This document shows, in pieces, positions 53,752 to 62,633 of a DNA stretch of 64,000 bases. Under the pieces are notes generated by a model, which saw nothing but the letters and a program-made list of their open reading frames with translations, had not been told where the DNA came from and ran no database searches. Position 1 is the stretch's first letter. Each line of letters starts with the position of its first letter. The position numbers were made by a program, and so were the translations under genes. The stretch is from Myxococcota bacterium (GTDB taxonomy: Bacteria; Myxococcota_A; UBA9042; PHBI01; JAWLBL01), in the NCBI GenBank assembly GCA_041687695.1, contig JAWLBL010000036.1, positions 11,384-75,383 on the forward strand. Reading direction: 5' to 3'.

Positions 53752-55107
53752 TCAGCCGCCGCGGAAGAGCTGAAGCGACGCCGGTGACGATGACTCCTGG
53801 CCGCGGATCCAGGCCAGGGCGGCGGGGGGATAGAAGAGCGCGCGCAGGGTGGGCATGTATCGGAAGGCGCCGGATCGGATTCGCCAGCAGCCATCCGCGG
53901 AGCGAACGAGGAGGTCGTTGGCTTCGGCCCAGGCGAGCGGTTCGGCGTAGGTGGGCTCGAAGTCCAGGCCGACGGCGCTGGACAGTCGGACCGGATCGAG
54001 GAGGCCGAAGCTGAGGGCGAGCAGGACCTGCTTGGCGGCACGCTCGGAAGCGGGCAGCCGGTAGACGTCGTCGGCGCAGAACGGATCGGCCGCAGCCGCG
54101 CGCTCCCAGGAAGCGATGCCGAGGGGGGCGAACCACCAGCGGTCACCGACCAGGCTGGAGGCGTAGTTGCCCGCGCCGACATAAGGCAGACCGTCGAGGA
54201 GACGGCCCTCGAAGTACGGCGAGGTGCCGGTCTCGGCGGGGTGGCGCGAGAAGTTGAGCGAGCCGTACGGGGCGTGAAAGCCGCGCGCGGTCAGGAGATC
54301 GTAGGCGAGATCATAGAGCGCGCCGTAGTCCTCGGGGGTCGGCCGGTCGGAGGTGCGTCGCGGGAGGGCCCGGCCGGCGCCGCGGTACAGGCAGTCGTAG
54401 GTGGTGATGGAGTCGACCGGGAGGGCGGCGGCGGCTTCGAGGTCGGCTCGGAACTCGGCGAGCGTCTGGCCGGGCAACCCGAAGACGAGATCGACGTTGA
54501 TCCGGCGGAAACCGGCGCGAACGAGCGAGGCCGCGGCGCGCTCGGCGAGGGCGGCCTGGGCCGCGCGATTCACGGACGCGAGCGTTTGGTCGTTCGTGCT
54601 CTGCAATCCCATGGAGACGCGGGAGATGCCACCCTGCACGAGCATCGCCATCTTCTCCGGATGCTCGGCCGCCATCCGGGGCGTGGTCTCGACCGAGACG
54701 GCGTGCGGGACCTCTGCTCGCGCCCGCAAGGGTGCAAGGGCGGCGAGAAGTCGCTGCAGTTGTGACGTGGTGAGGCTGGTCGGGGTGCCACCGCCGATGT
54801 CGATGCCGGGAATCGTGGTCGAGGACGGCAGGGCCGCATCGATGCGCTCGAGCTGAGCCACGAGGTGGCTGACGTAGCGGGCGTGCAGGTCGGCGTCGCG
54901 ACGCACGTCGACGGCGAAGTTGCAGTAGTAGCACCGGGCTTCGCAGAAGGGGACGTGCACGTACAGGAGGAGGCGAGGTGCATCCAGGGCCGCAGAAGGG
55001 TCGTGTGCGGCACGGTAGCGCTCGCGAAAGTAGGCGCGGCCCGGCGGATATTGAATGGTGAACGCCAGCGGGTGCCGGCGCGCGAGCTCGACCGCCTCGC
55101 GCGCCAT
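53752..55107 (-). CDS. HemN-like (class C) radical SAM enzyme
   Basis: LLYVHVPFCEARCYYCNF, GGGTPT, RVSMGLQS and INVDLVFGLPGQT; TGATG overlap with the upstream gene. Confidence 0.9.
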   Translation of the reverse strand: MAREAVELARRHPLAFTIQYPPGRAYFRERYRAAHDPSAALDAPRLLLYVHVPFCEARCYYCNFAVDVRRDADLHARYVSHLVAQLERIDAALPSSTTIPGIDIGGGTPTSLTTSQLQRLLAALAPLRARAEVPHAVSVETTPRMAAEHPEKMAMLVQGGISRVSMGLQSTNDQTLASVNRAAQAALAERAAASLVRAGFRRINVDLVFGLPGQTLAEFRADLEAAAALPVDSITTYDCLYRGAGRALPRRTSDRPTPEDYGALYDLAYDLLTARGFHAPYGSLNFSRHPAETGTSPYFEGRLLDGLPYVGAGNYASSLVGDRWWFAPLGIASWERAAAADPFCADDVYRLPASERAAKQVLLALSFGLLDPVRLSSAVGLDFEPTYAEPLAWAEANDLLVRSADGCWRIRSGAFRYMPTLRALFYPPAALAWIRGQESSSPASLQLFRGG

Positions 55108-56246
55108 CACCGGGCGAGCTCCTGGCGCAATATGGCGGCCACGTCGGCGACGTCCGCCTCCGGGAGGGTTTGGTGGATGCCAACCATGAACGAGCTCTCC
55201 GCGACGCGGTGAGTTCGCCGCAGGCCGTCGTGAGCGAGGTGGCGGTACGCGGGCTGTCGGGTGATGGCGCCCCCCATCAAGGTACGGACCTCGACGCCGC
55301 GCTCGGCCAGCCGGGCGGCGAGTTGGCGCACGTCGTGGCGCTCGCAGCCCACGGGAAAGACGAAGGGCGACCCGCTGTCGACGGGCGCCCGGTGGACGGT
55401 CACGCCGTCGAGCTCGCGCAAGGCGCCGAACAGGGTCTCGTAATGACGGGCACGGACGCCCTCGTAGGCCTCGAAGGAGCGCAGCTGCCATCGGCCGAAC
55501 GCGGCATTCAGCTCGGACATCTCGAGGTTGTGGCCCTCACGTACGTACCAGAAGTTGTGGTCGAGCGACGGCGGGGCCGTACAACGAGCGGGGTCCACAT
55601 GACATGAACAAGCGCGGCCCCAGTGCGTGATGGACTCGACGCGTGCGAGCGTGTCGTCGTCGCAGGAGACCACGGCGCCGCCGCCGTACGCGGACAGGTG
55701 GTGGGGGTGGTAGAAGCTCCATGTCGTGAGGTCGCCCGTCTGGTGGGCCGGGGCTCCGCCGACCCGCAAGTCCATCGTCTCGCAAGCGTCCTGAAGGAGC
55801 AGGAGTCCGCGGTCGCGGGCGATCCGAGCGACGGCGTCGAGCGCCGCGGGGAAGCCCAGGAAGTGGGTGAGGCAGACGACCCGGGTGCGCGGGGTGAGCG
55901 CGTCGAGGAGGGCCTGGGGATCGAGGCCGAAGCCGCCGGGTTCTATGTCGGCCACCGTGACCTGGAAGCCAGCACGCAACAGGGAGGCCACTGTGGTCGG
56001 AAAGGTGAACCCAGCCGTGACCGCGTGAGCGCCGGGGCCGCAGCACTCGGCCAGGGCGAGCGCTGCGGCGAGGTTGGCGCTCGACCCGGAGTTCACCAGG
56101 GAGATACGCGGGGCCCCGAAGCGCTGCCCGAGCTCTCGCGCAAAGGCGGACAGGTTGGCGCGCGGCTCGCGCAGGTTGTCCTCGAGGAACGCCCCGAATC
56201 CCGCAGGGTCGACCGGGCCGGTGCAGGGATAGCGGAGTGAGTTCAT
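55107..56246 (-). CDS. DegT/DnrJ/EryC1/StrS family enzyme of the RfbH(E1)/ColD sugar 3-dehydratase type
   Basis: VNSGSSANL, FTFPTT and QDACET; SFYHPHHL (His in place of the Schiff-base Lys); WGRACSC; GHNL. Confidence 0.85.
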   Translation of the reverse strand: MNSLRYPCTGPVDPAGFGAFLEDNLREPRANLSAFARELGQRFGAPRISLVNSGSSANLAAALALAECCGPGAHAVTAGFTFPTTVASLLRAGFQVTVADIEPGGFGLDPQALLDALTPRTRVVCLTHFLGFPAALDAVARIARDRGLLLLQDACETMDLRVGGAPAHQTGDLTTWSFYHPHHLSAYGGGAVVSCDDDTLARVESITHWGRACSCHVDPARCTAPPSLDHNFWYVREGHNLEMSELNAAFGRWQLRSFEAYEGVRARHYETLFGALRELDGVTVHRAPVDSGSPFVFPVGCERHDVRQLAARLAERGVEVRTLMGGAITRQPAYRHLAHDGLRRTHRVAESSFMVGIHQTLPEADVADVAAILRQELAR

Positions 56247-56546
56247 GGGGCGATGCTCGAATGTGACGGACCGCGAGGCGCTCGGAGGTCACCAGGGCAG
56301 CTTGCAGCATCGTACAGGGGACAGGCGGCGTCAACGGACCCTGGCCGCGTGAGCGCGGGTGAGCATCGACGACTACAGGGCTCGGCAGACGCGAGCAGGG
56401 AAGACGGTGGGGCCCTCGACGTCAGCGCGAGGCGGGCGGAGGCCGCTGGGCCGTCGAACGGATGTTCAGTGCGTCGGGCGTGGCGCCTGGGCGTGGAAGA
56501 TGGGGGTGCATCGAACGGAAGGCGAGTGACGCCAGGGAGGCGACGC

Positions 56547-56840
56547 ATGGGCGATACGCCGGCGAAGAAGCCGCTTCACGACATGACCATGGACGAGATC
56601 TGCGAGGCGTGGATCGCGGCGTACATGGAGGACAAGGCTGAGCAGGAGGCGTGGGAGCGACTGTACGGGCGTTGGGACGGGGGGCCGGTCATCCGGACGC
56701 AGCTGAACGCCGCCCCGGGGCGGAGGCCCTGGGCGGTGTTTCGGGTGAAGGAGCCAGTGCGGGTGGGTGCGCGGCCGGAGCCGACGGCGCGGCCGAGGTC
56801 GCGGCGGCGGGTGCGGCGCGGGGTGTGGAACCTGCCGTGA
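56547..56840 (+). CDS. Small hypothetical protein
   Basis: GGGAGG RBS before the ATG; MGDTPAKKPLHDMTMDEICEAW... Confidence 0.5.
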   Translation: MGDTPAKKPLHDMTMDEICEAWIAAYMEDKAEQEAWERLYGRWDGGPVIRTQLNAAPGRRPWAVFRVKEPVRVGARPEPTARPRSRRRVRRGVWNLP

Positions 56841-56921
56841 GAGGGACCGGCGAGAAGTCGAGCGGGTCGCGGCGGCTGTGGTAGGGTCGCGCGCGCAACG
56901 AGAGACCCGAGGAGTCGACGC

Positions 56922-57479
56922 ATGGCGGACGTGCTGGTGGTGGGGGATGGCCCGGGCGGGCTGTCGGCGGCGCTGTTTCTGGCGAAGAACGGGATGGAGA
57001 CGGTGGTCGTCGGCGGCGACGAGACGGCGATGCACTGGGCGATGCTGTACAACTACCTGGGCGTGCCGGAGATCAGCGGGACCGACTTCCAGCGGGTCGC
57101 GCGCGCGCAGGTCGAGGCCAAGGGCGGCGTGCTGAAGGCCGGCAAGGTGACGGGCGTGCGGCGGACGGACGGCGGGTTCGAGGCGACGCTGGAGGGCGGC
57201 GAGACCATCGCGGCGCGTTTCCTGGTGCTGTCCGAGGGCAAGAGCCCGGTGCTGTCGGGGCAGCTGGGCGTCGCGTCGACGGACGAGGGCGTGACGGTCG
57301 ACGCCGACGGGCGGACGTCGGTGGACCGGGTGTACGCGGTCGGGCGGATGGTGCGGCCCGGGCGCAGCCAGGCGATCATCAGCGCGGGCGACGGCGCGGC
57401 GGCGGCCCTGGACATCCTGGCGCGCGACAAGGGCAAGGACCGCTTCGCCGACTGGGACAGCCCGCCCAAGGAGGGCTGA
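56922..57479 (+). CDS. Short FAD-dependent oxidoreductase (thioredoxin-reductase-like FAD domain)
   Basis: DVLVVGDGPGGLSAALFLAK, NYLGV, TSVDRVYAVG and QAIISAGDGAAAA. Confidence 0.85.
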   Translation: MADVLVVGDGPGGLSAALFLAKNGMETVVVGGDETAMHWAMLYNYLGVPEISGTDFQRVARAQVEAKGGVLKAGKVTGVRRTDGGFEATLEGGETIAARFLVLSEGKSPVLSGQLGVASTDEGVTVDADGRTSVDRVYAVGRMVRPGRSQAIISAGDGAAAALDILARDKGKDRFADWDSPPKEG

Positions 57480-57488
57480 GGCCGGGGG

Positions 57489-58058
57489 TCAGCCCGCGGC
57501 CTCGTAGGCGCGGCGCATCCAGTCGAGGACCTCGGCGTCGACGTCGGCCTCGCGGGTCAGCTGGATGCGGTGCGAGCACATGCCCTTCCACAGCTCGCCG
57601 GACTCGAGCTTGCCCTCGGGCGGGTGGCCCTTGAGCTGAATGCCGAGATCCACGCGGGTCTTCGTGGTCGGCTGGATGAGCGCGAACTGCTTTTTGCGGC
57701 GCAGGCTGACGCTTCCCTTCTTGGGTGAGACCTCGACGTCGGGGCCGAAGGCGCGGGCGGCGACGACCAGCGCGTCGTGGATGGGGCGCAGGTTCGGCTT
57801 GTTGGCGTACTGCGCCTCGACGAGGTCGTCCCCGGCGGGGGGCGGGGTCGGGGCGCTGTCCTCGCGGTAGAGGTGCGCGATCGTGTTCGCGAAGCCGTGG
57901 GTGACGCCGTGCTCGCCCTCGAGCAGCTTCAGGAGGTCGCCGTGCTTCGCGAGTCCGGACGCCGCCAGGACGGCGCGCCACTCGTCGAGGCTCTTGCCGG
58001 TCTTGGCGGGCATGTTGGCGATCATCGTCTGGACCTGGGGGTCGTCGCGGTAGGCCAC
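57489..58058 (-). CDS. DUF4287/DUF5655 domain-containing protein
   Basis: AGGAG RBS before a GTG; KTGKSLDEW, EHGVTHGFANTI, PKKGSVSLRRKKQFA and WMRRAYEAA. Confidence 0.85.
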   Translation of the reverse strand: MAYRDDPQVQTMIANMPAKTGKSLDEWRAVLAASGLAKHGDLLKLLEGEHGVTHGFANTIAHLYREDSAPTPPPAGDDLVEAQYANKPNLRPIHDALVVAARAFGPDVEVSPKKGSVSLRRKKQFALIQPTTKTRVDLGIQLKGHPPEGKLESGELWKGMCSHRIQLTREADVDAEVLDWMRRAYEAAG

Positions 58059-58172
58059 GGGGTGCTCCTGGGGATGCGGGGTTCGGTGCGGCGACTGTAG
58101 CTCACTCGGCGGAGCTCGGAACCACCTGCGTATGGCGCGTCGAGGCCCGGCCGTGCGCCCCGCGACGGCCTG

Positions 58173-58201
58173 TTGCCTTTTGGTGTGACCCCAACTAACA
58201 T
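58173..58201 (+). promoter_or_regulatory. Sigma70-type promoter
   Basis: TTGCCT-N17-TAACAT in an AT-richer patch upstream of 58240. Confidence 0.55.
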
Positions 58202-58239
58202 CAATTTCGTCGGTTGGACGACGCATCGGGAGGGGAACC

Positions 58240-59394
58240 ATGAGCCTGCGAAGCGGATGGGTGGCGCTCGTGTGCGCCGCGGTGATGGGGGCCTGCGACG
58301 GGGACGCGCGCAAGAGCGGTTCCGGCTCAGGAGCGGACGATGTGATGGACGCCAGCGGAGAGGACACCCTGCTCGAGACGAGCGCGGACCTCGTTCCCGG
58401 TGAGACGGGCGAGGCCGATGGCGACGACGCGGCGCCTTCGCCACAGAACGAGCCGGGGACCCACGGGGAAACCCTGGTGGTCGACGGCATGGAGCGCGAG
58501 GCGATCGTCTACGTGCCGGAGGCCGCGCGGGGCGTTCGGGCGCCGGTCGTCTTCATGTTGCACGGCACCAGCGGCGACGGGCAGATCTTCTACGAGCACT
58601 CTGGGTGGGTCGAGAAGGCCGACGAGGTCGGGCTGATCGCCGTCTTCCCCAGCGCGCTGAGGCACTGCTTCTTCGAGGACGAAAACCACGACGGCGACTA
58701 CGACGATCCGGGCGAGCGCAAGGTGACGACCAAGTGGTCGAGCGGCAAGCTCGGCGAGGCGGACGGGATGCCGCCGTGCACCGAGGCCGACATCGCCGCC
58801 CTGTCGCCGGCCAAGCAGGCCGAGGTCGACCACCCGGTCGCCGACGACGTGGCGTTCTTCGACGCCATGCTGGCGATGCTGTCCGAGCGCTATCTCGTCG
58901 ACGAGGACGCGATCTACGTCTCGGGCTTCTCCAACGGCGCACAGATGACCGCGCGGCTCGCCGTCGAGCGCGCCCACGTCATCGCCGCCGCCCACGCCGC
59001 CGCGGGCACCCTGACGGTCGCCGGGACCAGCACGCGCCCCATCTCGGTCATCTTCTCGGTGGGCAGCCTGGACGACCGCTTCACGGTGCCGATGGGCGTG
59101 GCCGAGCTCCCCCTCGAGGAGGAGGCGCTGACCGCCCTGCCCCTGTTCCCGCAGATGCTGTTCAAGTACTTCAGCGCGCTCCAGCTGACCGACGACTACA
59201 CGTACGACCTGCTCCCGGTGGGCGGCAAGAACGTCGCGCGCTTCACGTTCGCCACCAGCGCCGTCGGCGCGACCAACACGTTCCAGGCCGTCGTCATCGA
59301 GGACCTGTACCACAAGTATCCCAACGGCCAGAACCACGTCGTCGACGCGCCCAACCTGCTGTGGCCGTTCTTCGAGGGGCATCGGCTGCCCTGA
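58240..59394 (+). CDS. PHB depolymerase/LpqP-family esterase lipoprotein
   Basis: Lipobox MGAC; PVVFMLHG, DDVAFF, YVSGFSNGAQM, GSLDD and HKYP. Confidence 0.85.
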   Translation: MSLRSGWVALVCAAVMGACDGDARKSGSGSGADDVMDASGEDTLLETSADLVPGETGEADGDDAAPSPQNEPGTHGETLVVDGMEREAIVYVPEAARGVRAPVVFMLHGTSGDGQIFYEHSGWVEKADEVGLIAVFPSALRHCFFEDENHDGDYDDPGERKVTTKWSSGKLGEADGMPPCTEADIAALSPAKQAEVDHPVADDVAFFDAMLAMLSERYLVDEDAIYVSGFSNGAQMTARLAVERAHVIAAAHAAAGTLTVAGTSTRPISVIFSVGSLDDRFTVPMGVAELPLEEEALTALPLFPQMLFKYFSALQLTDDYTYDLLPVGGKNVARFTFATSAVGATNTFQAVVIEDLYHKYPNGQNHVVDAPNLLWPFFEGHRLP

Positions 59395-59491
59395 CGGACG
59401 CTCGCCCGGTTGCCCGCCGCTCGTGTGAGCGGCGAGCACGGGCAGCATGGGTGGGTCGAGGAGGCTGGAGTGGCCCGCCCGGACGAACGGT

Positions 59492-60619
59492 TCAGCCGGC
59501 TATGAGGCGCACGGCGCCGCCGAGCAGGGGCGGGGCCGCGCGCAGGGCGCCGAGCAGGGCGCGGCGGGGCCAGGGATGGGCGGTCAGGGCGAGCAGCGCG
59601 GCCGTGACGGCGAAGGGGCGCCAGGCGCTCTTCTGCCAGGCGCGCTCGTAGCGCTCGGGGCGCTCGGCGACGATGGCGTCGACGGCGGCGCGGGCCGAGG
59701 CGAAGCCCAGGGCGACGCCCTCGCCGGTCAGCGGGTCGAGGTAGCCGGCCGCGTCGCCGACGAAGAGGATCCGGCCGGCGACGCGCTGGCGCGAGGTCTG
59801 GGCGAAGGGGCCGGCGCCGCGCAGGGGCGAGGCCTCGGGGGCGCCGGACAGGCGGCCGGCCAGCAGGGGGAAGGCACGCAGCAACCCGACGAAGTCGCCG
59901 GGGCGGCGGAAGAGGAAGGCGACGCCCACGAGGTCGTCGGCGACCGGGGTGACGTAGGCCTCGGCCGAGGGGTGCCAGTAGACCTCGACCCGGTCGGACC
60001 AGGGCGCGAGGCGGTAGTGGCGCCGCATGCCGTAGCGGGCGGGCCAGGGCAGGCGGCGGGTGAGGCCGAGGGCGCGGCGGACCGGCGAGTGCAGGCCGTC
60101 GGCGGCGATGAGGTAGCGGGCGCGCAGGCCGGCGGCCTCGACGAAGCGATCGCGCTGGATGACGCTGGTGACGCGGCAGGGGCGCAAGGTGACGCCGAGG
60201 TCGGCGGCGCGGGCGGCCAGGGCGGCGTGGAGGGCCGTGCGGCGGATGCCGAGGCCCGGGTCGCCGTGGAAGGCGGCGTCCACCGACAGGCGCGGGTCGC
60301 GGTGGTCGAGGTAGCGGATGCCGCGGAAGGGGCGGCCGGAGGTGAGGTCGACCCCCAGGGCGACGAGGTGGTGGGCGGCCGGGGGCATCAGGCCCTCGCC
60401 GCAGGCCTTGTCGATGGGGCTGGGGCGCGGCTCGGCGACGACGACCTCGAGGCCGGCGCGCGCGGCGTGGATGGCGGCGGCGAGGCCGGCGGGGCCGCCG
60501 CCTACGACGAGGAGGTCGACGGGCGCCGGGCGACGGGGGCGCGCGGGGTCGCGGGCGAGGTCGTGGGGCGCGGTGTCGTCGGGGAGGGCCGGGGTCGGGC
60601 TGGGCGGGGAAGAGGTCAT
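59492..60619 (-). CDS. FAD-dependent monooxygenase/oxidoreductase (SrsC-like)
   Basis: VVGGGPAGLA, DKACGEGLMP, IAADGLHS and VGDAAGYLDPLTGEG; ATGA overlap. Confidence 0.88.
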   Translation of the reverse strand: MTSSPPSPTPALPDDTAPHDLARDPARPRRPAPVDLLVVGGGPAGLAAAIHAARAGLEVVVAEPRPSPIDKACGEGLMPPAAHHLVALGVDLTSGRPFRGIRYLDHRDPRLSVDAAFHGDPGLGIRRTALHAALAARAADLGVTLRPCRVTSVIQRDRFVEAAGLRARYLIAADGLHSPVRRALGLTRRLPWPARYGMRRHYRLAPWSDRVEVYWHPSAEAYVTPVADDLVGVAFLFRRPGDFVGLLRAFPLLAGRLSGAPEASPLRGAGPFAQTSRQRVAGRILFVGDAAGYLDPLTGEGVALGFASARAAVDAIVAERPERYERAWQKSAWRPFAVTAALLALTAHPWPRRALLGALRAAPPLLGGAVRLIAG

Positions 60620-61176
60620 GGGGCCTCGGCGGGGCGGGCCGGCTCGAGGGGGCGTGGCAAGGTCGCGAGGGCGGCGTCCTCGCAGCGGACGCGGACCGAC
60701 AGGAGCCAGGCGTTGAGGGCCGTGAAGGTGACAGCGGTGAGGTAGGCGCCGTGGACGAGCGGCAGGGCGAGGCCTTCGACCACGACGGCCAGGTAGTTGG
60801 GGTGGCGCATGAAGCGGTAGGGGCCCGTGGTCACGGGCGGCAGGCCCGGGACGACGATGACGCGCGTGTTCCAGCGCGGGCCGAGGGTGCGGATGACCCA
60901 CCAGCGCAGGGCCTGGCTGGCCAGGACCAGGGCGACCATGGGCGCCGCGAAGGTCGGGTCGAAGGGGCGCCCGGCGAGCAGGACCTCGGCCGGGGCCCCG
61001 ACGAGGAGCGCGGTGTGCAGGGCGACCATGGGCGGGTAGTGGCCGGCGCCGTGCTCGCGGCCGCCGCGCGCGAAGCTCCAGGCGGCGTGGCGGCGTGACA
61101 GGCGCAGCTCGGCCAGGCGCTCGAGGGCGACCAGGGCGATGAGGGCCAGGTAGGCGGTCGCGGAGGCGGGGATCAC
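60616..61176 (-). CDS. Isoprenylcysteine carboxyl methyltransferase family protein (SrsB/BpsB-like)
   Basis: GTGA overlap; ERLAELRLS, HYPPMVALH, LGPRWNTRV and GPYRFMRHPNY. Confidence 0.92.
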   Translation of the reverse strand: MIPASATAYLALIALVALERLAELRLSRRHAAWSFARGGREHGAGHYPPMVALHTALLVGAPAEVLLAGRPFDPTFAAPMVALVLASQALRWWVIRTLGPRWNTRVIVVPGLPPVTTGPYRFMRHPNYLAVVVEGLALPLVHGAYLTAVTFTALNAWLLSVRVRCEDAALATLPRPLEPARPAEAP

Positions 61177-62327
61177 CACAGCAGGAGCCCCAGCTCGGCG
61201 CAGAAGCCCGGGCCCATGGCGAGGAGCAGGCCCAGGGTGCCCGGGTCGGGGCGGGCGATCGGGGCGCCGGCGGGCGGGGCCATGGTGTCGGCGAGGATGA
61301 AGAGCACCGAGGCGCTGGAGAGGTTGCCGAGGTCGGCGAGGGAGCGCCAGCTGGCGGCGAGGGCGTCTTCGGGGAGATCGAGGGCGTCCTGCACGGCCTC
61401 GAGGACGCGCGGGCCGCCGGGGTGGCAGACCCAGGAGGTCAGGGCTTGGCGGGGCAGGTCGAGGGTGCCCAGGAAGGCGTCGAGGTCGGCGGCGAGGTGC
61501 TCGCGGACGATGTCGGGGACGCGCGGCGACAGGATGACCTTGAAGCCGGTGCGGGTGACGTCCCAGCCCATGACCCAGTCGGTGTCGGGGTACAGGGCGC
61601 TGCGGCTCGCGAGGACCCGAGGCCCGGTGGCGTCGAGGCGGGCGGCGCGGCGGGCGCCCAGACCCACGACGGCGGCGGCCCCGTCGGCGAACAGGCCGGA
61701 GGCGACGAGGTTGGCGGCCGAGAGATCGCCGCGCTGGAAGGTGATGGAGCAGAGCTCGACCGAGAGCAGGACCGCGACGTGGTCGGGGTGGGCACGCAGG
61801 TAGTCGGCCATGCGCGAGACGCCCGCGGCGCCGCCGACGCAGCCGAGGCCGAACATGGGGACGCGGCGGACGTCGCGCCGCAGGCCGAGGCGGTTGGCCA
61901 CGCGGGCGTCGAGCGAGGGGGCCGAGACGCCGGTGACGGTGGTGAAGAACAGGGCGTCCACGTCGCCCGGCGCGAGTCCGGCGCGGGTGAGGGCGTCGGT
62001 GATGGCGGCGGCGCCCAGCTGGGCGCCGACCTCGAGGAAGAGCTGGTTGGCGGCGCCGAAGTCGTCGAGGGCGAGCATCTCGTCGAGCGGGGCGGCGATG
62101 TGACGGCGGGCGACGCGCACGCTGTCCATGAAGCGGGTCAGACGCTCGGCGGGCTCTCCGTCGGGGGCCCAGTCGGCGATGAGGGCGCGGGCGAACTCGG
62201 CCTGGGTGTAGCTGTGGGCCGGCAGGGCCGTGCCGACGGCGGCGAGCATGGGGGCGGAGGTCGGCCAGCGGGCGCTGCGCGGCAGGGCGGCCGGGGACGG
62301 CGCGCCCTTCGGCGAGGGGTACGTCAT
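61173..62327 (-). CDS. Type III polyketide synthase (SrsA/Pks10/BpsA-like)
   Basis: Catalytic Cys (FGLGCVGG), His (CHPGG) and Asn (GNLSS); VELCS and MGPGF; start uncertain. Confidence 0.95.
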   Translation of the reverse strand: MTYPSPKGAPSPAALPRSARWPTSAPMLAAVGTALPAHSYTQAEFARALIADWAPDGEPAERLTRFMDSVRVARRHIAAPLDEMLALDDFGAANQLFLEVGAQLGAAAITDALTRAGLAPGDVDALFFTTVTGVSAPSLDARVANRLGLRRDVRRVPMFGLGCVGGAAGVSRMADYLRAHPDHVAVLLSVELCSITFQRGDLSAANLVASGLFADGAAAVVGLGARRAARLDATGPRVLASRSALYPDTDWVMGWDVTRTGFKVILSPRVPDIVREHLAADLDAFLGTLDLPRQALTSWVCHPGGPRVLEAVQDALDLPEDALAASWRSLADLGNLSSASVLFILADTMAPPAGAPIARPDPGTLGLLLAMGPGFCAELGLLLW

Positions 62328-62633
62328 GGCGATTGGCCTCGTCGGCCTGCCCGGTGGCGCGCTCGGGGGCGCCCGGCGGAGGTGCGCGGGCGGGCGAGCG
62401 AAGGAGCCTGGGGCGGTGGCCGGTGGTCGAGTGTGTGGAGGGGGGGGCGGGGTGTGGGCCGATCCCATCGCGGGGGGCGGCTGGCGTCAAGGATGGGAGC
62501 CCGATGCGGGGCGGGCGGGCGCGCGGACCGGACGGGGCGGCGGTCGGCGCCGGAGAATGGCTCGGCGGCGCGGGCGGGCGTAGCTTCGGCGGCGCAGTGA
62601 GGTGCGGGTGGGTGCGGCGTGGGAGGGGGGGCG

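Noticed and set aside
57473..57495. Bidirectional terminator GGGCTGA..TCAGCCC between convergent genes
   Set aside because: The 7-bp stem is formed largely by the two stop codons and has no U-tract; it could be chance.
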